DNA of 64,000 nucleotides from Myxococcales bacterium (GTDB lineage: Bacteria > Myxococcota_A > UBA9042 > JABWCM01 > BTVJ01): positions 1-64,000 of the forward strand of contig BTVJ01000003.1 of the NCBI GenBank assembly GCA_045863395.1, read 5' to 3'. Shown here piece by piece: positions 36,134-48,100 of this stretch. Below the pieces are notes generated by a model. The model saw only the letters and a list, made by a program, of their open reading frames with translations, had not been told where the DNA came from and searched no databases. Each line of letters begins with the position of its first letter. The first letter of the stretch is position 1. The position numbers and the translations under genes were made by a program.

Positions 36134-37390
36134 CTAGCGGAGGTGGGTGCCGGTCGTCCGGTACTCCTCGATGAAGGCGTGGAGCTCCGGCTCCGAGAGG
36201 ACCCGGTTCGTGTGCTTGGCGAAGCTGAACACCGCGTGGACCAGGTCGCGCTCGGGCTCGATGCCGCGGCGCTCCAGCCAGTAGACGACGTTGGACTCGC
36301 CGCTGTAGTGGCCGACCTCGATGTCCTGCTCCCGGCCGACCATGGAGGCGGGGACCCCGCTGTAGACGTGGTCGGCGAGCCAGGCGTCCCCCTTGCGCGC
36401 CGCCTTGATGATCGCCGCCGCGTGAACCCCCGTCGCCGTGCGGAAGGCGTCGTGGCCGACGGCCGGGTAGTCGGCGGGGATGGGGATGCCCATGGCCGCG
36501 GCCGCGGTCTTGGTGTAGCGGTCGAGGTGGGCGAGGTCGTTGTCGATGACCCCGAGCAGCCTGAGGTTGACCAGCAGCAGGTCCATGGGCGTGTTGCCCA
36601 CGCGCTCGCCGATGCCGCGGGCCGTGCCGTGGACCCGGTCCACGCCGGCCTCCACGGCGAAGAGCGCGTTGGGGAGCGCCAGGCCCCGGTCATTGTGGCC
36701 ATGCCACTCGACCCCGACGTCGACGCCCAGGGAGTCCACGAGGTTGCGGGTGAACCCCACGAGGCGGCGCACGCCGTCGGGCGTGGCGTGCCCCACCGTG
36801 TCGCACAGGCACAGGCGGCGAGCTCCCGCCTCGATGGCGGAGCGGAAGAGGCGCCCGAGGGTCTCCGGGCGCGATCTGCATGTGTCCTCGGTCACATACG
36901 CCGGCAGGAGGCCGTTCTCGGCGGCAAACCGGAGCGCAGTGGTGGACAGGCGCTCGATCTTCTCGACGTCCCACCCCTCCGTATACTGGCGGATGGGGCT
37001 CGACCCGATGAAGGCCATGACCTCGATCTCGATGCCGACCCGCTGCGAGATGGCCACGATGGGCTCGATGTCCGCGATGACGGTGCGGGCCGCCGTGCTC
37101 GGACGGATCTTGAGCTTCGACTGGACGATCTCGCGGCAGAGGATCTCGACGTCCTCCTGGGCCCTCTGGCCTGCCCCCGGGAGCCCCAGGTCGGCCCACT
37201 GGATGCCGAGCTTCTCCATCAGGTGGAGCAGCTCGATCTTCTCGTCGATGGTCGGGTCCTTGGCGCTTGGGGACTGGATGCCGTCGCGCAGCGTCTCGTC
37301 GTAGAGCTCGATGGGCCGCGTGGTCATGGGCGCCGTCTTGTCCACCACGTTCCAGTCATACACCACGTCGTGGAAGTCGAGCCTGGTCAT
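36134..37390 (-). CDS. leuA: 2-isopropylmalate synthase-like DRE-TIM enzyme, short form without regulatory domain (418 aa)
   Basis: [38 protein letters not shown]. Substrate specificity (LeuA vs homocitrate or citramalate synthase) is not resolvable by eye. Confidence 0.75.
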   Translation of the reverse strand: MTRLDFHDVVYDWNVVDKTAPMTTRPIELYDETLRDGIQSPSAKDPTIDEKIELLHLMEKLGIQWADLGLPGAGQRAQEDVEILCREIVQSKLKIRPSTAARTVIADIEPIVAISQRVGIEIEVMAFIGSSPIRQYTEGWDVEKIERLSTTALRFAAENGLLPAYVTEDTCRSRPETLGRLFRSAIEAGARRLCLCDTVGHATPDGVRRLVGFTRNLVDSLGVDVGVEWHGHNDRGLALPNALFAVEAGVDRVHGTARGIGERVGNTPMDLLLVNLRLLGVIDNDLAHLDRYTKTAAAAMGIPIPADYPAVGHDAFRTATGVHAAAIIKAARKGDAWLADHVYSGVPASMVGREQDIEVGHYSGESNVVYWLERRGIEPERDLVHAVFSFAKHTNRVLSEPELHAFIEEYRTTGTHLR

Positions 37391-37427
37391 GGTTCCTCCT
37401 GCCGCCTCTCCCGGGGTGGTCCGGCGC

Positions 37428-38627
37428 TCAGGCGCCGGGATTCTCCAGCACGATGGCGATGCCCTGCCCACCGCCGATGCATGCGCTGCCGACGCCGTAC
37501 CGCGCGCCCTGCCGCCGCAGCTCGTAGGCGAGGTGCAGCGTGATGCGCGTGCCGCTCGCGCCGAGAGGGTGGCCCAGCGCGATGGCGCCGCCGTTGACGT
37601 TGGTCCTGCCGCGGTCGAGGCCGAGCGCCTTCTCTACCGCAAGATACTGGGCGCCGAAGGCCTCGTTGACCTCCACGACGGCCATGTCGTCGAGGGTCAG
37701 GCCGGCCCGCTCCAGGGCGAGCCGAATGGCCGGAACGGGCCCGATGCCCATGATCTTGGGGTCACAGCCGACCACACCCCACGAGACGATGCGGGCCAGC
37801 ACGTCTTGGCCCTTCGACGCGGCTCGCTCGGCGGTGGTGACCACGGTCGCCGCGGCGCCGTCGCAGATGCCAGAGGCGTTGCCGGCGGTCACGACGCCGC
37901 CCTTCTTGAAGACCGGCGGCAGCTTGGAGAGGGTCTCCAGGGTCGTCTTCGGGCGCGGGTGCTCGTCGGCGGAGACAATCGTCTCGCGCCCCTTGCGGTC
38001 CTTCAAGATCACGGGGGCGATCTCGCCGGCGTACACACCCCGCTCCAGCGCTGCGGCGTAGGCCTGCTGCGTGCGCACCGCGTAGGCGTCGACGTCCTCG
38101 CGGCTGATCCCATACTGCTCCGCAAGGTTCTCGGCCGTGATGGCCATGGGGAGCCCGGTGTAGGTGTCCGTCAGCGACTCCCACAGCAGGTCCTGCATGG
38201 GCGCCTGGCCGAACGGCAGTCCCCAGCGGGCCCCGCGGATCACGTGGGGGGCCTGGGACATGCTCTCCGTGCCGCCGGCGAGCACGGTCTCCGCCTCGCC
38301 GAGGAGGATCTGCTCCGCGCCGGAGATGATGGACTGGAAGCCGGACCCGCACAGGCGGTTCAGAGTGATGGCAGGGGTGCGGTCCGGGCAGCCGGAGCGC
38401 AGCGCCACGTGGCGCGCCAGGTAGATGGCGTCCGCGCTGGTCTGGTTGGCGTTGCCCACGATGACGTGGTCGATCTCCTCCGGCGCGACCCGAGCCTGCT
38501 CGAGGGCGGCGCGGGACGCCTCCACGGCGAGGTCCGTCGCGCTGAGATCCTTGAGGGAGCCGCCGAAGGCGCCGAAGGGGGTGCGCTTGCCGGCGACGAT
38601 CACGATGTCCTTGCTGAGCTTCTTCAC
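37428..38627 (-). CDS. Acetyl-CoA C-acyltransferase (thiolase) (about 399 aa)
   Basis: RTPFG, NRLCGSG, GGTESMS, NEAF, GGAIALGHPLG, CIGGGQG. Start uncertain (38627, 38639 or 38666). Confidence 0.95.
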   Translation of the reverse strand: MKKLSKDIVIVAGKRTPFGAFGGSLKDLSATDLAVEASRAALEQARVAPEEIDHVIVGNANQTSADAIYLARHVALRSGCPDRTPAITLNRLCGSGFQSIISGAEQILLGEAETVLAGGTESMSQAPHVIRGARWGLPFGQAPMQDLLWESLTDTYTGLPMAITAENLAEQYGISREDVDAYAVRTQQAYAAALERGVYAGEIAPVILKDRKGRETIVSADEHPRPKTTLETLSKLPPVFKKGGVVTAGNASGICDGAAATVVTTAERAASKGQDVLARIVSWGVVGCDPKIMGIGPVPAIRLALERAGLTLDDMAVVEVNEAFGAQYLAVEKALGLDRGRTNVNGGAIALGHPLGASGTRITLHLAYELRRQGARYGVGSACIGGGQGIAIVLENPGA

Positions 38628-38662
38628 GGCGGTCTCCATCGGTCTCATCGGGGGGTGCGGGC

Positions 38663-39802
38663 TCACAGCTCGACGGGGCGTCCCGGCGTGCTCGGGTCGG
38701 AGTCGACGATTCCCGGCTCAGTCAGCTCTTCGTTTGCCCTGGGGCCGTGATCCGCATCCAGGAAGTGTACCAGAAAGTCACCGACCTGCTCGGTGGAAAG
38801 ATTGCCGCCCAGGTCTCGCGTGACGCGGTTCGTGCGGATGGCTGCCGCGGCGGCGTACCGGACGGAGGCGGACGCCTCCTCGTAGCCCAGGTGGTCCAGC
38901 AAGAGCGCCGTGCTGAGCACGGCCCCGATGGGGTTCGCCTTGCCCTGGCCTGCGATGTCCGGCGCCGAGCCGTGCACCGGCTCGAACAGGGCCGCCCGGC
39001 TGACGCCCAGGTTGGCGCTCGGGGCGAGCCCGATGCCGCCGATGAGCTGCGCCGCCTCGTCGCTGAGGATGTCGCCGAAGAGGTTGCTCGTGACCATCAC
39101 CCCGAACTGCTCGGGCGCGCGCAGGATCTCCATGGCGGCGCGGTCCACGAGCATGTCGGTGGCCTCGATGTCCGGGTAGTCGGAGGCTACCTGCCGGAAC
39201 ACGCGCAGCCAGAGGTTGCCGATGGAAGGGATCGCGTTCTGCTTGTGGACGCAGCAGACCTTGTCCACGCGGCGCCTGGCCGCAAACTCGAAGGCCCAGC
39301 GGATGATGCGCTCGGTGCCGCGGTGCGTGTAGATCATCTCTGCGATGGCGACCTCGTGGGGCGTGCCCTTGCGCATGGACCCGCCCACGCCGACGTAGAT
39401 GCCCTCGGTGTTCTCGCGGACGATGGTGAAGTCGATGTCCGCCGTCGTCTTGCCCTTGAGCGGGGACAGGCGCTCATCCAGCAGGTGGAAGGGGCGCAGG
39501 TTCACGTAGAGGTCCAGATCGAAGCGCAGGCCGAGCACGATCTCACGGGCCGGCGTGTTGTCCGGCACCCGCGGGTCACCGACCGCACCGAGCAGGATGG
39601 CGTCATACTCGCGGCCGATGCGCTGCCGCTCCTCCGGGGGCAGGGCCGTCCCGGTGCGGAGGTAGTGCTCCGAGCCGTAGGGGAGCTCTTCGAGCTCCAG
39701 GGGCACGCCGTGGCGGTAACGCACCGCCTCCAGCACGCGGACCGCGACGCCGACCACCTCCGGGCCGATTCCGTCGCCAGGGATCACCGCTACTCGCTTC
39801 AT
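38663..39802 (-). CDS. leuB: 3-isopropylmalate dehydrogenase-like beta-decarboxylating dehydrogenase (379 aa)
   Basis: IPGDGIGPEV, LGAVGDP, LRFDLDLYVNLRP, RENTEGIY, NLFGDILSD, FEPVHGSAPDIAG. Confidence 0.85.
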   Translation of the reverse strand: MKRVAVIPGDGIGPEVVGVAVRVLEAVRYRHGVPLELEELPYGSEHYLRTGTALPPEERQRIGREYDAILLGAVGDPRVPDNTPAREIVLGLRFDLDLYVNLRPFHLLDERLSPLKGKTTADIDFTIVRENTEGIYVGVGGSMRKGTPHEVAIAEMIYTHRGTERIIRWAFEFAARRRVDKVCCVHKQNAIPSIGNLWLRVFRQVASDYPDIEATDMLVDRAAMEILRAPEQFGVMVTSNLFGDILSDEAAQLIGGIGLAPSANLGVSRAALFEPVHGSAPDIAGQGKANPIGAVLSTALLLDHLGYEEASASVRYAAAAAIRTNRVTRDLGGNLSTEQVGDFLVHFLDADHGPRANEELTEPGIVDSDPSTPGRPVEL

Positions 39803-39844
39803 CCGACCTCTCCTTGGGGCTCTTGGGCCGACGGGACGGGCGCA

Positions 39845-39874
39845 AGAATGCCCACAGGCGACAATCGGCGTCAA
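39845..39874 (-). promoter_or_regulatory. Putative sigma70-type promoter for the leuB-thiolase-leuA-tkt run
   Basis: TTGACG-N18-CATTCT on the minus strand. Confidence 0.35.
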
Positions 39875-39967
39875 CCCGCAAGTCGAGCCCGGAGTGACGG
39901 CGAGGAGTCGGCCGGAGGTTTGCGCAGGATCTTGGGAGGGTGGGGCTGGTGCGCTGGGGCTCTCGGG

Positions 39968-40585
39968 CTAGAAGCGCTTGAACACGCGCCCCTCACGGGC
40001 AGCGGCGTAGCGCGCCTCGGCGACGCCCCAGGCCACATTCGAGAGGAAGGCGTCGATGTAGGCGGGGCGCCCGCCCGCGCGGTGATCCACCATGTAGGCG
40101 TGCTCCCACACGTCCATCACGAGGATGGGCTGGAAGCCGCCGACGTTGCCGTCCTCGTGGAGCTGGACGAAGTGGTTGTTCAGCGCGCCGGTCGTGCCGT
40201 CGTAGAACAGGATGGACCAGCCGATGCCGCGCGACTTGCCCGCCGCGGAGAAGTCGGCCTTCCAGGCGTCCACGGAGCCGAAGGACGCCTTGATGGCGCG
40301 CGCCAGCTCCCCTCCCTCGTTCACGGACTGGCCGGCCGCGAGGTTGCCGAAGTAGTACTCGTGGAGCACCATCCCATTGTACTCGAAGCCGAAGCGGCGC
40401 CGCCTGTCGGCGTAGGCGAGGCTCCCGCCCGCGCCGCTCTCGCGGAGCCCGGCGAGCTCCTTGATCAGCGCGTTGGTCTGCGTGACATAGCCCTTGTAGA
40501 GGCCCCAGTGGTCGTTGATCTGATCGTCCGAGATACCGCTGAGGCCGGAGGGCTTCAGCTCCTCACGAACCGTGTACTCCGTCAT
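39968..40585 (-). CDS. Fe/Mn superoxide dismutase family protein (205 aa)
   Basis: DHWGLYKGYV, LHEYYF, FGS, GIGW, DVWEHAY; RBS AAGGAG. Confidence 0.93.
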   Translation of the reverse strand: MTEYTVREELKPSGLSGISDDQINDHWGLYKGYVTQTNALIKELAGLRESGAGGSLAYADRRRRFGFEYNGMVLHEYYFGNLAAGQSVNEGGELARAIKASFGSVDAWKADFSAAGKSRGIGWSILFYDGTTGALNNHFVQLHEDGNVGGFQPILVMDVWEHAYMVDHRAGGRPAYIDAFLSNVAWGVAEARYAAAREGRVFKRF

Positions 40586-40747
40586 GTCGATCTCTCCTTA
40601 CCAAGGTGAACAGGGTGAAGGCCCCGCCGCGACGCGCGCGGCGCGCCCCGCACCGATAGCAGGCCGCCCGCCTCGGCGTAAAGCGATGACAGCGGATCTG
40701 ACTGGAATCTGTCTGCTTTCTCCCCTCGGTGGCACGCGCTTGGGCGG

Positions 40748-40776
40748 TTTCATGTTGCCGGCCAGAGGGGTATAGT
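40748..40776 (+). promoter_or_regulatory. Putative sigma70-type promoter for fbp
   Basis: TTTCAT-N17-TATAGT. Confidence 0.4.
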
Positions 40777-40872
40777 GGGCGGCCATGGGGGCTCGGCCGC
40801 GCGGAGCGAGCAGCGCGGGCCGTGGTTCGCACGGCACGGTCAGGCAGCCGGACGCATGGAGGAGCGCGAGTC

Positions 40873-41880
40873 ATGAGGAAGATCGTTTCGGTTCAGCGGC
40901 ACATCGTCGAGAATGAGCGGCTACACCCGGAGGCGACGGGAGAGCTGACCAGTCTGCTCTGGGATCTGACCATCGCGATCAAGATGATCAGCCGCGAGGT
41001 GAACAAGGCGGGCCTGGTCAACATCCTCGGGGCCGCAGACGACGTGAGCAACGCCTCGGGCGACGAGGTGAAGAAGCTCGACGTCTACGCTCAGGACGTG
41101 ATGGTGAGCGCCATGAGCCACGGCGGTCACCTCGGCTGCATGGCGAGCGAGGAGGAGGCCGAGGTCATCCCGATCCCCCCCGGCTATCCGCGGGGCAAGT
41201 ACGTCCTGATCTTCGACCCGCTGGACGGCTCGTCGAACATCGACGCCAACGTCTCCATCGGGACCATCTTCTCCATCCACCGTATGGTGTCCAACGGGCC
41301 GGACGGCACGCTGGCGGACTGCCTGCAGCGCGGCAGCAAGCAGGTGGCGGCGGGCTACGTGGTCTATGGCAGCAGCACCATGCTGGTCTACACCACGGGC
41401 CGCGGCGTGGCGGGCTTCACCCTGGACCCGAGCATCGGCGAGTTCCTGCTGTCCCACCCCGACATCCGGATCCCCCAGCGGGGCAAGATCTACAGCGTCA
41501 ACGAGGGCCACTCCATCAAGTGGGACCAGGGGACGCGCAACTATGTGGAGCACCTCAAGTCCAAGGAGAAGGGGCCCTACTCGGGGCGCTACATCGGGTC
41601 CATGGTCTCCGACGTCCACCGCACCCTGCTCTATGGGGGCATCTTCATGCACCCCCGCGACTACAGCCGCGACCCCGTGCGAGGCCAGGGCAAGCTGCGC
41701 CTGCTCTACGAGGCGGCGCCCATGGCGATGATCGTCGAGCAGGCCGGCGGCGTTGCGACCACCGGGACCGAGCGGATCCTCGACATCGAGCCCACCTCGC
41801 TGCACCAGCGGGTCCCCGTCGCCATCGGCTCCACGGACGACGTCAACGAGTACCTCCGGTTTCTGCGGGCCGATCTGTAG
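40873..41880 (+). CDS. fbp: Class 1 fructose-1,6-bisphosphatase (335 aa)
   Basis: KKLDV, ASEE, FDPLDGSSNIDANVSIGTIF, YSVNEG, RYIGSMVSDVHR, GKLRLLYE. Confidence 0.97.
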   Translation: MRKIVSVQRHIVENERLHPEATGELTSLLWDLTIAIKMISREVNKAGLVNILGAADDVSNASGDEVKKLDVYAQDVMVSAMSHGGHLGCMASEEEAEVIPIPPGYPRGKYVLIFDPLDGSSNIDANVSIGTIFSIHRMVSNGPDGTLADCLQRGSKQVAAGYVVYGSSTMLVYTTGRGVAGFTLDPSIGEFLLSHPDIRIPQRGKIYSVNEGHSIKWDQGTRNYVEHLKSKEKGPYSGRYIGSMVSDVHRTLLYGGIFMHPRDYSRDPVRGQGKLRLLYEAAPMAMIVEQAGGVATTGTERILDIEPTSLHQRVPVAIGSTDDVNEYLRFLRADL

Positions 41881-42009
41881 ATGACCCCGGCCAGCTCGCC
41901 CGTGGGGCAGATGCCTGCTCGTCCGGACCGCTCCCGCCCTCTTCGCGTGACCCGATGGCGACCAGGCCGTGACGCACAGGGGACAACGGCACCCGCCTGT
42001 CCTTTTGTC

Positions 42010-42039
42010 TTGCATGGGGCACACGGGCCGCGGTAGACG
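42010..42039 (+). promoter_or_regulatory. Putative sigma70-type promoter for the giant lipoprotein
   Basis: TTGCAT-N18-TAGACG. Confidence 0.3.
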
Positions 42040-42122
42040 GAACCCCAATGATGGCGGGTCGCGCGCCGCCCGGCGCTCGACCGATGCGCCTCCGCCCGCC
42101 GGAGCGCCCCGAGGAGGATCCC

Positions 42123-45100
42123 ATGGTCAGACGTACGCTCGTGCTCGCCCTGACGGCGACCACCCTCTGCTTCACCGCAGGCTGCCCCGACGACGACGTG
42201 TCAGGCGGCACCCCCGACGGGGCGGTGGATGACGTCACCGACGTGGCCGGCGGGGACGGGGGCATCAGCGCCGATACGGGCACGGTGCCGGACGCGGGCG
42301 GGGACACGGGGAGCGACGGTGGGCCACCGGACGTCGGCGACGGCGGGGCGGACGGTGAGGCGTCGGACGTTGGACCTGACGGCGAAGCACCCGACGCGGG
42401 GCCCGACGGGGAGACCCCCGATGGGGGGCCCGATGGCGGCGCTCCCGACGTTGGGACGGACGTGGAGTCCCCTGACACGGACGTCGTGACCGATCCCTGC
42501 GACCCGGACCCCTGCACGGCGCCGCCCGCTGCCGCTTGCGGCCCGGACGGGACGACGCTGATCACCGCGAGCCTCCCCGCGACGTGCGCCACTGGCCAAG
42601 AGGGTCCGGTCTGCACCTGGACCGAGACCACGGAGGACTGCGCCGCGACGGGCAAGGTCTGCTTCGGCGGCCAGTGCGTGGAGGCGGCGCCGCTCCCGAA
42701 GGCGGGCGAGATCGTGATCACCGAGATCATGATCGACCCGCACTTCGACCTCGCGGACAACACCGCCGAGTGGTTCGAGGTGGTCAACGTGTCCAGCGGC
42801 GCCCGGAGCCTGACCGGGTGTACCCTGGTCGACAACTCCGGCAACCCCACCACGCTCGGCGTCCTGGAGATCCCGGCGGGCGGCCTCGCCCTGTTCGCGG
42901 CCTCTGCCACCAACAACGGAGGCATCGAGCCGGACGCCTTGTTCGGCTTCGGGTTGGGCAACTCCGAGGACTTCATCCGCATCTCGTGTGGCGGGACGGT
43001 CATCGACGAGGTCGCCTGGGGGGGCTCGTCGACGGTCCCCATCGGCCAGGCCCGGGCCAGCTCGCTGAGCCCGTCCGCCTTCGATGCTGTGGCCAATGAC
43101 GACGGCGCCAACTGGTGCCTCTCGGGCATCATGTACTACCAGGGGACGGGCGGCACGGCAGGCGACAACTACGGCACCCCGGGGGCGCTGAACCCCGCCT
43201 GCCCGGTCCTCGACCTGACCGTCGACTGGTGCCGGCTCCAGTGGCCGCTGGACACGGAGGAGCTTGCCGGCACGCCGGTCACCATCTACGGGCGGGTCTT
43301 CGACGAGGGCGTCACGGATCTGACCGACGGGGTTGACCTCGACCAGATGCTCGTCGGTGAGGCGGGCTACGGACCCGACGAGAGTGATCCCGACGGCAAC
43401 CCGGAGTGGGTGTGGGCTGCGGCCCAGGCCAACCCGGTCTGGAGCGCCGGGACCGCCGGCGAGCCGGGCAACGACGAGTACCTGGCGTCGATCATCGCGC
43501 CAGCGCCCGGCGTCTGGGACCACGCGTTCCGGTTCTCGCTCGACGGTGGAGACACCTGGACCTACTGCGACCGGGCAGCGGGCCCCGGCTCCGACGGCTC
43601 CGAGGACGGCTACCAGGTGGACAACGCCGGCAACCTCGTCACTGTCCCGAGCCCCTGCTCGCCGAACCCGTGCACCGTGCCACCCCCTGCCGAGTGCATC
43701 GACGGCTACGTGGCCAAGGTATGGCAGACGCCGGGGAGCTGCGCCGTCGAGGACCTGGACCCGGTGTGCTCCTGGACCTCGACGACCGTGGACTGCGCGG
43801 CCATTGGGGGGAGCTGCTTCGCTGGCGCCTGCGTGGGTGTCCCCGAGCTGCCGGCGCCCGGTGAGATCATCGTCACCGAGATCATGTACGACCCCCACTT
43901 CGACCTGCTGGACGCCACCGCCGAGTGGGTGGAGCTCACCAACGTCTCCGGGGGGCCCCGCGCGCTGACGGGCTGCAAGCTCGGGGACAGCACGACGGCC
44001 GGCAACGCCATGGGGGCGCTCATCGTCCCCGCGGGCGGCACGGCGCTCTTCGTGAAGTCCCTTACGGCCAATGGGAACCTGACGCCCGACGGCACCTTCA
44101 CCTTCGCCCTCGGGAACTCGGGGGACTCGGTGGTGCTCACGTGCGACGGGGCGCTCATCGACAGCGTCGCGTACGGGACGAGCCTCGGCTTCCCGGCGGC
44201 GCAGGCCCGCTCCCTGTCCCTGGACCCGGCGGCCTACGACGCCGCGCTCAACGACGACGGGGCCAACTGGTGCGTGGCGCAGGACGTCTACTACGAAGGG
44301 ACGGCAGGTCCGGCGGAGGACAACTACGGCACGCCAGGCGCCGTGAACCCGCCGTGCCCCGTGCCTGACACGACCGTGGACTGGTGCCGCCTCCAGTGGC
44401 CGCTCGACGCCGAGGTGCTCGCCGGCACACCGCTGACCATCTACGGGCGGGTCTACGACGAGGGCATCACGGACAAGACGGACGGCGTGGACGCGGCCCC
44501 CGGCCTCGTCGGCCAGGCGGGCTACGGGGCAGACGGCACGGATCCCGCCGCGGATGCGGGGTGGATCTGGGTCGCCGCGAAGGCCAACGCGGCGTGGAGC
44601 GCAGCGGGCGCGGGTGAGCCGGGCAACGACGAGTATGAGGCCACGATCAGCGCGCCCCCGGTGGGGAGCTACGACCACGCCTTCCGGTTCTCACTGGACA
44701 GCGGCGCGACCTGGACGTACTGCGACCGAGCGGCGGGCCCGGGCAGCGATGGGTCGGAGGACGGCTACCAGATCACCAACGCGGGGAGCCTCGTGACGCT
44801 GCCGAGCCCGTGCTCGCCGAACCCGTGTACCGAGGCGCCGCCGGCAGAGTGCGCGGACGCGACGCACGTCAGAGCCTATGGCGCGCCCGGGACCTGCACC
44901 GTGGTCGGGACGTCGGCGGAGTGTGCGTGGCCCGAGACGACGCTCGACTGTGGGGCGACGCTCGGGACCTGCGACGATGGTGTGTGCGTCGGCGGCGCTG
45001 CGGGGCCGCTGGCGGGCGAGGTCATCGTCACCGAGATCATGTACAACACGGAGGGCGACCTCACCGAGACGAGCGCGGAGTGGTTCGAGCTCTACAACCG

Positions 45101-48100
45101 CACGGATCACCCGATCAGCCTGGCCGGGTGCGTGCTCCAGGACCAGTCGGCCATCTCGACGACCGTAGGTTCCTTGGTGATCCTCGGTCACAGCCACGTC
45201 GTCCTGGCGCGATCGGTCAACCCGGATCTCAATGGTGGCTTGGACGCGGTTCACTCATTCAACTTCGCCCTCAACAACGGGGGGACGGGCGACGCGGTCA
45301 CCCTGACCTGCGACGGCGCCCTCATCGACGGCGTGACCTGGTCCACGGCGGCGGGGTTCCCGGTGGCGACCGCGAAGTCCCTGTCGCTGGACCCCGCGGC
45401 CTATGACGCGACGCTGAACGACGACGGCGCCAACTGGTGCCTGGGCACAGGGCTCTACTACACGTCTCCCACGGGCGGAAACGAGCACTACGGCTCTCCG
45501 GGTGCGATGAACCCGGCGTGCCCGCAGGTGGACAACACCGTGGACTGGTGCCGCCTCCAGTGGCCGCTGGACGCGGAGGTCCTCGCCGGGACGCCCGTCA
45601 CCGTGTACGGGCGCGTGTATGACGAGGGCGTCACCGACAAGACCGACGGGGTCGACGCAGACCCGAAGCTGGTCGGCCAGGTGGGCTACGGCCCCGACGG
45701 ATCCGATCCCGCCGCTGGCGGGTGGACGTGGGCGGCTGCGGCCGCCAACCCCTCGTGGAGCGCGTCCGAGGCAGGGGAGCCCGGCAACGACGAGTACCAG
45801 GCGACGTTCGCGGCGCCAGCGGCCGGCACCTACGACCACGCCTTCCGGTTCTCTCTGGACGGCGGCACCTCGTGGACGTACTGCGACCGGGCGGCGGGCC
45901 CGGGGAGCGACGGGTCCGAAGACGGGTATCAGATCGCCAACGCCGGCAGCCTCCTGACCCTGGCGAGCCCTTGCTCGCCGAACCCGTGTACGGTGGCGCC
46001 GGCGCCGGAGTGCACGGACGCGACGCACCGGGTCGTCTACGGCGCTCCGGGCACCTGCGCCGTGGAGGGCGTGGACGCGGTGTGCACCTGGCCGGAGACG
46101 ACGCAGGACTGCGGCGCGACCCTCGGGACCTGCGAGGATGGCGTATGCGTCGGCGGTGCAGTGGCCCCGCTGGCCGGCGACGTGATCGTCACCGAGATCA
46201 TGTACAACACGGAGGGCGACCTCGGCGAGACGACCGCCGAGTGGTTCGAACTCTACAATCGCGCTTCCTACGCGGTGTCCTTGCAGGGCTGCGTCCTCCA
46301 GGACCAGTCGTCCATATCGACGACCGTCGGATCCCTCGTGATACCGCCCCAGGCCCACGTGGTGTTCGCGCGGTCGGTCAATCCAGCGCTCAACGGAGGC
46401 GTCTCTGCGGCCCACTCCTTCGCCTTCTCGCTCAACAACACCGGGGGAGACGCCATCACGCTGACCTGCGGCGGCGTGCTCATCGACGGGGTCACCTGGT
46501 CGGCGGCGGCGGGCTTCCCGGTGGCGACGGCCGCGACCCTCTCTCTGGATCCGGCGGCGTACGACGCGGCCCTCAACGACGCTGCTGCCAACTGGTGCCT
46601 CGGGTCTGCGGTCTATTACACCTCCCCCGGCGGCGGCAACGAGCACCTCGGCACTCCCGGTGCGCTGAACCCGGCGTGTCCCGAGGTGGACACCACCGTC
46701 GATTGGTGCCGGCTCCAGTGGCCGCTGGACGCCGAGGTCCTCGCGGGGACCAGCGTGACCGTGTATGGGCGCGTCTACGACGAGGGCATCACGGACAAGA
46801 CGGACGGCGTGGATGGGGCGCCGGGGCTCGTGGGTCAGGCGGGCTTTGGTCCCGATGCCACGGACCCCGCTGCGGGTGGTTGGACCTGGATCGCCGCTGC
46901 TGCCACACTGGCCTGGAGCGGGTCGGGGGCCGGTGAGCCTGACAACGACGAGTACCAGGCGACGTTCGCGGCGCCCGCCGTGGGCACCTACGACCATGCC
47001 TTCCGGTTCTCGCTGGATGGCGGGACGACGTGGACCTACTGCGACCGCGCAGCGGGGCCCGGCTCCGACGGCTCCGAGGACGGGTACCAGATCGCCAACG
47101 CCGGCTCGCTGATCACGTTGGCGAGCCCCTGCGACCCCAACCCGTGCACCGTAGCCCCTGCGGACGAGTGCGCCGACGGGACCCACGTGAAGCAGTTCGG
47201 GGCGCCCGGCACCTGCACGGTGGACGGGATCGGCTACACGTGCGGGTGGCCGGAGACGTTGGTGGACTGCGGCGCGACCTTCGCCACCTGTGAGGGGGGC
47301 ACGTGCGTGGGCGGCGCGGTGGCGCCGCTCGCCGGGGACGTCATCGTCACGGAGATCATGTACGACACCCAGGGCGACCTGGTCGAGACCAGCGCCGAGT
47401 GGTTCGAGCTCTTCAATCGCGCCGACCACCCGGTCTCTTTGGCCGGCTGTGTGCTCCAGGACCAGTCGGCGACGTCCACGACCGTCGGGACGCTGGTCAT
47501 CCCGGCGCAGACCCACGTGGTGCTCGCCCGGTCTGCGAACCCGGCGGCCAACGGCGGGCTGAGCGTGGCTCACACCTTCGCCTTCGGGCTGAACAACGCT
47601 GCGGCGGGCGACGCCGTCACGCTGACCTGCGGCGGGGTGCTCATCGATGGGGTGACGTGGTCGGTCGCCGCTGGCTTCCCCGTCGCCTCGGCGACCACCC
47701 TGTCGCTGGATCCGGCCGCCTACGACGCGACCCTCAATGACCAGGGCGCCAACTGGTGCCTCGGGACCGACCTCTATTACACGTCTCCCGGAGGCGGCAA
47801 CGAGCACCATGGCTCCCCCGCTGTACTGAACCCGGCGTGTCCGGTGGCGGACGAGGCGGTGGATTGGTGCCGCCTCCAGTGGCCCCTGGACGTGGAGATC
47901 CTGGCCGGCACGCCGCTGACCGTGTATGGCCGCGTCTACGACGAGGGGGTGACGGACCAGTCAGATGGCGTCGACACGGATCCGAAGCTCGTCGGGCAGG
48001 CTGGCTACGGACCGGATGGGTCCGACCCGGACGGCAACCCAGAGTGGAGCTGGGCGGCGGCGACGCCGAACGCCCTCTGGAGCGCGTCGGGAGCGGGCGA

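Noticed and set aside
40730..40745. Sigma54 promoter (TGGCACG) upstream of fbp
   Set aside because: The -12 GC is misplaced by one base, and a sigma70-like motif fits better.
40586..40760. yybP-ykoY (Mn2+) riboswitch upstream of sod
   Set aside because: Only a partial GGGGAG resemblance is present and I could not identify the other conserved elements; an Rfam scan would be needed.
34039..41880. tkt plus fbp as a Calvin-cycle (cbb) cluster
   Set aside because: No RuBisCO or phosphoribulokinase is present, and the two genes are in separate divergent units.
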